From NCBI RefSeq assembly GCF_016432865.1, contig NC_067399.1, positions 224,502,001-224,566,000 on the forward strand: a stretch of 64,000 bases of DNA, in the 5' to 3' direction. Within the stretch, counting starts at the first letter, position 1; every line of letters starts with the position of its first letter. The translations under genes and the position numbers were made by a program. The DNA comes from Antechinus flavipes. Lineage: Eukaryota. This document shows positions 59,925-64,000 of this stretch, in pieces. The notes under the pieces are model-generated. The model was given only the letters and a program-made list of their open reading frames with translations. It had not been told where the DNA came from and made no database searches.

Positions 59925-60420
59925 CACACTCTATGGGGGAGCTGACAAAGAAATAAATATGTACAAACAAGGTAGAGACAAGATAAATAGGAGATAATAA
60001 ACAAAGGGAAACCCATAGAGTTAAGAGGGGTTAGGAAAAGCTTCCTGGAGAAGGCAGGGTTTTAGCTGGGATTTAAAGGAAGGCAGAAAGTCAAGAGGAG
60101 GAGAGAGAATGTTCTGGGCGGCAGGGGACAATCAGAGAAAACGTTTGGAGCCTGGAGATGTTTGTGGAATACAAAGCACAGCAGTGACACTGGATTGAAG
60201 TAGACTAAGAGTATAAAAAGATGAGAAGGGGAGGAGGAATAGATTATGAAGATTATGAAGGAATAGATTTGAAAGCTAAATAAAGGATTTGTTATTTGAT
60301 CTTGAAGGTGAGAAGGGGCCACTGGAGTTATCAAATAGGGTGGTACCATTATTGGAACTTCACTTTAGGAAAATAACTTTGATGCACAATATAGAGGATG
60401 CACAGAACTGGGGAGAGACT
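59925..60420 (-). mobile_element. L2 LINE fossil
   Basis: aaagcttcctggagaaggcagggttttagctgggatttaaagg...gaaggggccactggag. Confidence 0.55.
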
Positions 60421-62257
60421 TGTGGCTGGCAGCTCCAATAAAGTTTCCATTATGTTCCAAAAATTAGGAATTAATGAAGCGGTATCTTTTGTCTGATATT
60501 CTTAATCTCTCTTTCCTTCTATGAATAAATCAGTTTCCTCAAAAGTGTATTGAGTTTGAATTCTCCTCTGGGGCTATCCTATGATGCATACTTAAAAGTT
60601 GACATTTCTGGTTCTGGTCTACCATGTAAAGTTTTGGGACCTGCTTCTGGCTAATCATGACTAGGGACTAAAAAGCCTAGACTCTAAGATCCTAGAGTCA
60701 TTGACTGAACAGTCAGAAGAACCCACAACTCAGTTTCCAGAGGTTTGTTTTTATCTCCCTACATAGGCTTTCTGTCAGTACTTATCTAGCCTGGGCCAGT
60801 AAGGCTCAAATTGGATGACTTCTTTAATAATTTTTTCCTGACCCTGGGTGAACAAGAATTTATTCTGAGTTGCCCTTATCTGGGTTTGGAAGTGACCCTG
60901 TAAGTCTGAGAGGTCCATAGATGAATGGTGACAGGGAAAAAGTCCTCAGATACTACTCCAACACTCAAGGAGAGGATAGCTGTGGACAAGAAGATGGACT
61001 TAAAGCTGGACAGTTTTACCAGAAAATACAGACTAGTAGTTGTTTCAACAGTGCAGAACTAAGGTGAAATAAATGGCTAATTAACAATCCTAAAAATTGT
61101 TTTATGTCTTGAGAAATTTGAAATATCAATTTCCCAATAGATTAAAAAGAAAAGAAGTGGGTGTCTCTTTTACTAACTGTGGACTACACTGTCTTTAGTT
61201 TGAGGGCAAAACATATCTTCCCCAAAAGAATATGTGCATTAATATTAAAGTTACTATTATTCCCTTTGGTTTAAAAAAAATTTCAAACTGAAAAATAAGT
61301 ACTTTGGTTTTGTCAATGTGGAATTTTTTCATCTCTTGTGTCAGTACTACTAGAAAAATGAGTTAGGAATTGCTTAAGTAAAAGAGTTGTCTGTTGAGCA
61401 AAAGAAATTCTGGCCAGAATCTCTCTCCAAACAAAATGCTTGTAAAATAATAAAATGTGTCTCTGACAGATCTGGCTAAAACTCAGAGTGTTGTGCACTT
61501 TCGTTCCATAGAAAGAAAAAAATGAATCCATTGTTTTCTTCCTTCTGTCATCTCCTCTTTCAAAGACCCCTAACCAACTTCTTTCCAGGTTTTTGGTCGA
61601 TGATCCTTCCTTGATCCTCCAGAAAGATCTACTTAAAAGATACTGACTTCTGATTCTCCCAGTTTAGAAAGCTATGGTATAACTTCCTACCCTTCTTTGC
61701 AAAGGTATAGGAATATGAGTATGAAATATTGCTGTATTGGTTAGTTTGATTTTTCTGTATATTGATTGATATTTCTATAAGGCTCTTAGGGAGGGAAGGG
61801 GAAATATAATATTTGGAAATGAAGGTAATGTTAAAATAAAAAAATAAATAAATAAGTTTTTTAAAGTTTAAAAATGCCTGTTTTTAAAATAATATCCACA
61901 CTAACATCTAGTCTTTTCTTCCTCCTCAAAGTATTCATGAAGTGAATACTAAACTAATTTACTTTCAAGAATTAAAAGAAGTCCATGCTGCTCCTTTGTC
62001 ATTATGATCAGGTCAGTTTTCCAGATTGTCCCGTTTGCATAAAATAAGGAGAGGCTGGAAACTCAATCAACTATCATTCAGTCTCCAGTCTCAATGACGT
62101 GAGGCCAAAACTCTTAATCAGACCATCCTTTCTGAGACTGTCTGGATAGTCTTGTTAGCATCTTTAAAGACAGTCAGAACAAGCTTTATGACAAACTTGA
62201 TGGGAACTTAGTTTTCCCAGACTGTCTTTGGAATAGAGAAATGCAGATGTGTGGGAC

Positions 62258-62640
62258 TGTGTCATCCACAAAAATAATCAAAGACTCTCAGAGTAAGAAA
62301 AAGCAAAAAGAGGTTTTATTATGATCTCCTGAGAAAGGGCATCTCCTATCTGACAAGGTGTTTGTCAGAAGTGCAAAGCATAAACTGCAATACCAAATTA
62401 AATAGCCTGAAGGCAGAAGCCCCCAAAGTTTTCCTACTGGCCTTTTCTCCCATTGTTTGAGGGAATCCAGGTTTACATTCTAATCCTAGAAATCTAACCT
62501 AGAAACAAAATACAAATAAATAATGATAAACTCTTAATTTAATTTAAATTTCCCTAGAGAACTGATATACAAACAGATATAGAATTCCAAGCCATCATCA
62601 CCTTTGTAAGAAGTACTTTAAAAATGCTAATTTAGAAGTG
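62258..62640 (-). mobile_element. Probable 3' LTR of the minus-strand ERV whose pol lies at 63.7-64 kb
   Basis: Minus-strand AATAAA near 62316-62321 followed by U5-like ctttttgctttttcttactctgagagtc...gatgacaca; left boundary fairly clear, right boundary approximate. Confidence 0.5.
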
Positions 62641-62694
62641 GTGGGAAATAGGAGGGGACAACATCTTCAACTTTTAGTTATAGCTATGTATTAT

Positions 62695-63233
62695 TGATGT
62701 AATATAGCTTCTAGGGGAGACAGCAATGATTTTGAGGTTCCCTGACCTTAGGGGACTTCTGTTCTAACAATAAGTTAGTAATTCTAAGTGCTCTAGCTTT
62801 GGAGTCTGGCCCAGGAGACTCCCACACTGAATCTAAAAATTACTATCTGTCTAGATTCTCAAGTCTCCTGGCCCCGGGGTAGTCTCGGGACCAAAGGCCT
62901 GAGACAATAGTGAATAGACCTCTCCTCAGTTCCTTGCTGTCAGAAAGATAATCTGTGGGTCAGTGAGAACCAAATTCCAGAGAGCAATTGGTCCTAACTC
63001 TGGGCCACAAAATTAGCATACCTATAACACAAAGAACTAGATAATTGTGTCTCTTTGCTTCGGTTGCTTTGCTAAGTTCTCTTGGAATTTAGACCACTTG
63101 TAATGGCATTAAAATTATAATAAACTTTGCCCTTTGACTGGGAAATGGGTTCAAGCCTTGAAATTCTTTTGAGACAGATCATGATACTGGTTTGTGACCC
63201 TAAACTTTTGGGGTCCCTCTCCCAACCTCAACA
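62695..63233 (+). mobile_element. Solo ERV LTR (class I-like)
   Basis: TGATGT...CTCAACA, AATAAA near 63118, 4-bp TSD ttat (62691-62694 and 63234-63237). Confidence 0.8.
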
Positions 63234-63239
63234 TTATTA

Positions 63240-64000
63240 TAAAGTATTAAGTCACAAGTGAAGTGTAGGTTAAGGCTATTTTCCCATAAGAGCATCTTCA
63301 CTTTGCTCATGTTAATTACTTCCAATTCCTCCATTTTTTATTTATCCTTGAAGACCTCTCACACCATTCTTGATAACATTTCCTCAACCAATTTGTTTTT
63401 AGTCTCCAATCTCTCTGGATCTGACTTGTCCTTTTTATCTAGTGGGGTCCATCCTTGTCTAACTGGACCTCCTTCTCCAGGTTGCTCAGTCTTTATAAAT
63501 TGGGGCTCTGTACCCCCGGCTCCTATCTGGGGCCATCTATCACCCCAACCACTTGTGTCCCCGGTAATTAGAATAAAACTGTCTTTCCCTAAAGTCAGCA
63601 ACAACAGAAATGCTAAAAGAAACAGATCATAAACTTCCCATACATATTCTCAAGGTTCATGTGCCCCCCCAGCAGGAGGTCCCCGGGATGGTTGAATCCA
63701 CAGCCCACTCAGTGGGAACATTAACTGGTCTCTTAGTCCGAGGGTGGTGAGTCCAGCCTTTCTCCTTTGTCCTCCCAGCGATGTCTGATGTCAGCAAGAC
63801 TTGGAAAAGTCCTCCCCAAGGGAGGGAGTTTTTCCTCTTTCCATCTCCATCAGTTCCCAGTCTCTGGGCTGAAATTTGTGTATAGGGACTGTAGTGGTGA
63901 AGTCTGAGCAATCAGCCCTTCATTCTGCAACAGAGTCAAATGTTTTACCATATAATTCCTGAGGAATTTGTCTCTACGTCAATATGGGGTCCCAGTTTCC
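63240..64000 (-). mobile_element. Degenerate ERV internal region: integrase C-terminus (pol) and downstream env-side remnant
   Basis: Frameshifted HKFQPRDW...WGGLFQVLLTSDIAGRTKEKGWTHHPRTK resembles the class I ERV integrase C-terminal motif (FQPGDWV...WEGPFQVLLTT..AVRT..KGWTHH). Confidence 0.75.

Overview
Mammalian genomic DNA, most likely a marsupial (dasyurid-like L1 and LTR families, CpG-poor background; species call is inference). The window holds the conserved CAD-ATRAID-SLC5A6-TCF23 block. CAD (minus strand) is partial: exons 1-35 are visible and the ATCase end lies off the left edge. ATRAID (minus, 7 exons, 228 aa), SLC5A6/SMVT (plus, 15 coding exons, 640 aa) and TCF23 (minus, 3 exons, 210 aa) are complete. 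All exon chains were resolved by hand with GT-AG boundaries and consistent phase. From 46 kb to 64 kb the sequence is mostly nested L1, L2, SINE and ERV/LTR debris. Most notable observations: (1) a 646-bp element made of two LTR 5' halves joined tail-to-tail, with ~77-bp inverted termini and a single 6-bp TSD, in ATRAID intron 2; (2) an L1 3' transduction of ~970 bp bounded by a 17-bp TSD; (3) a frame-preserving 51-nt candidate cassette exon in the CAD DHO-ATC linker next to the S1859-equivalent phosphosite; (4) the CAD PKA site (S1406 equivalent) changed from RRLS to RHLS; (5) a possible spliced orphan ORF at about the position where eutherian PRR30 would lie. Most ORFs in the supplied track are antisense, intronic or read-through artefacts. 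All comparisons with human sequences are from memory, not database searches.
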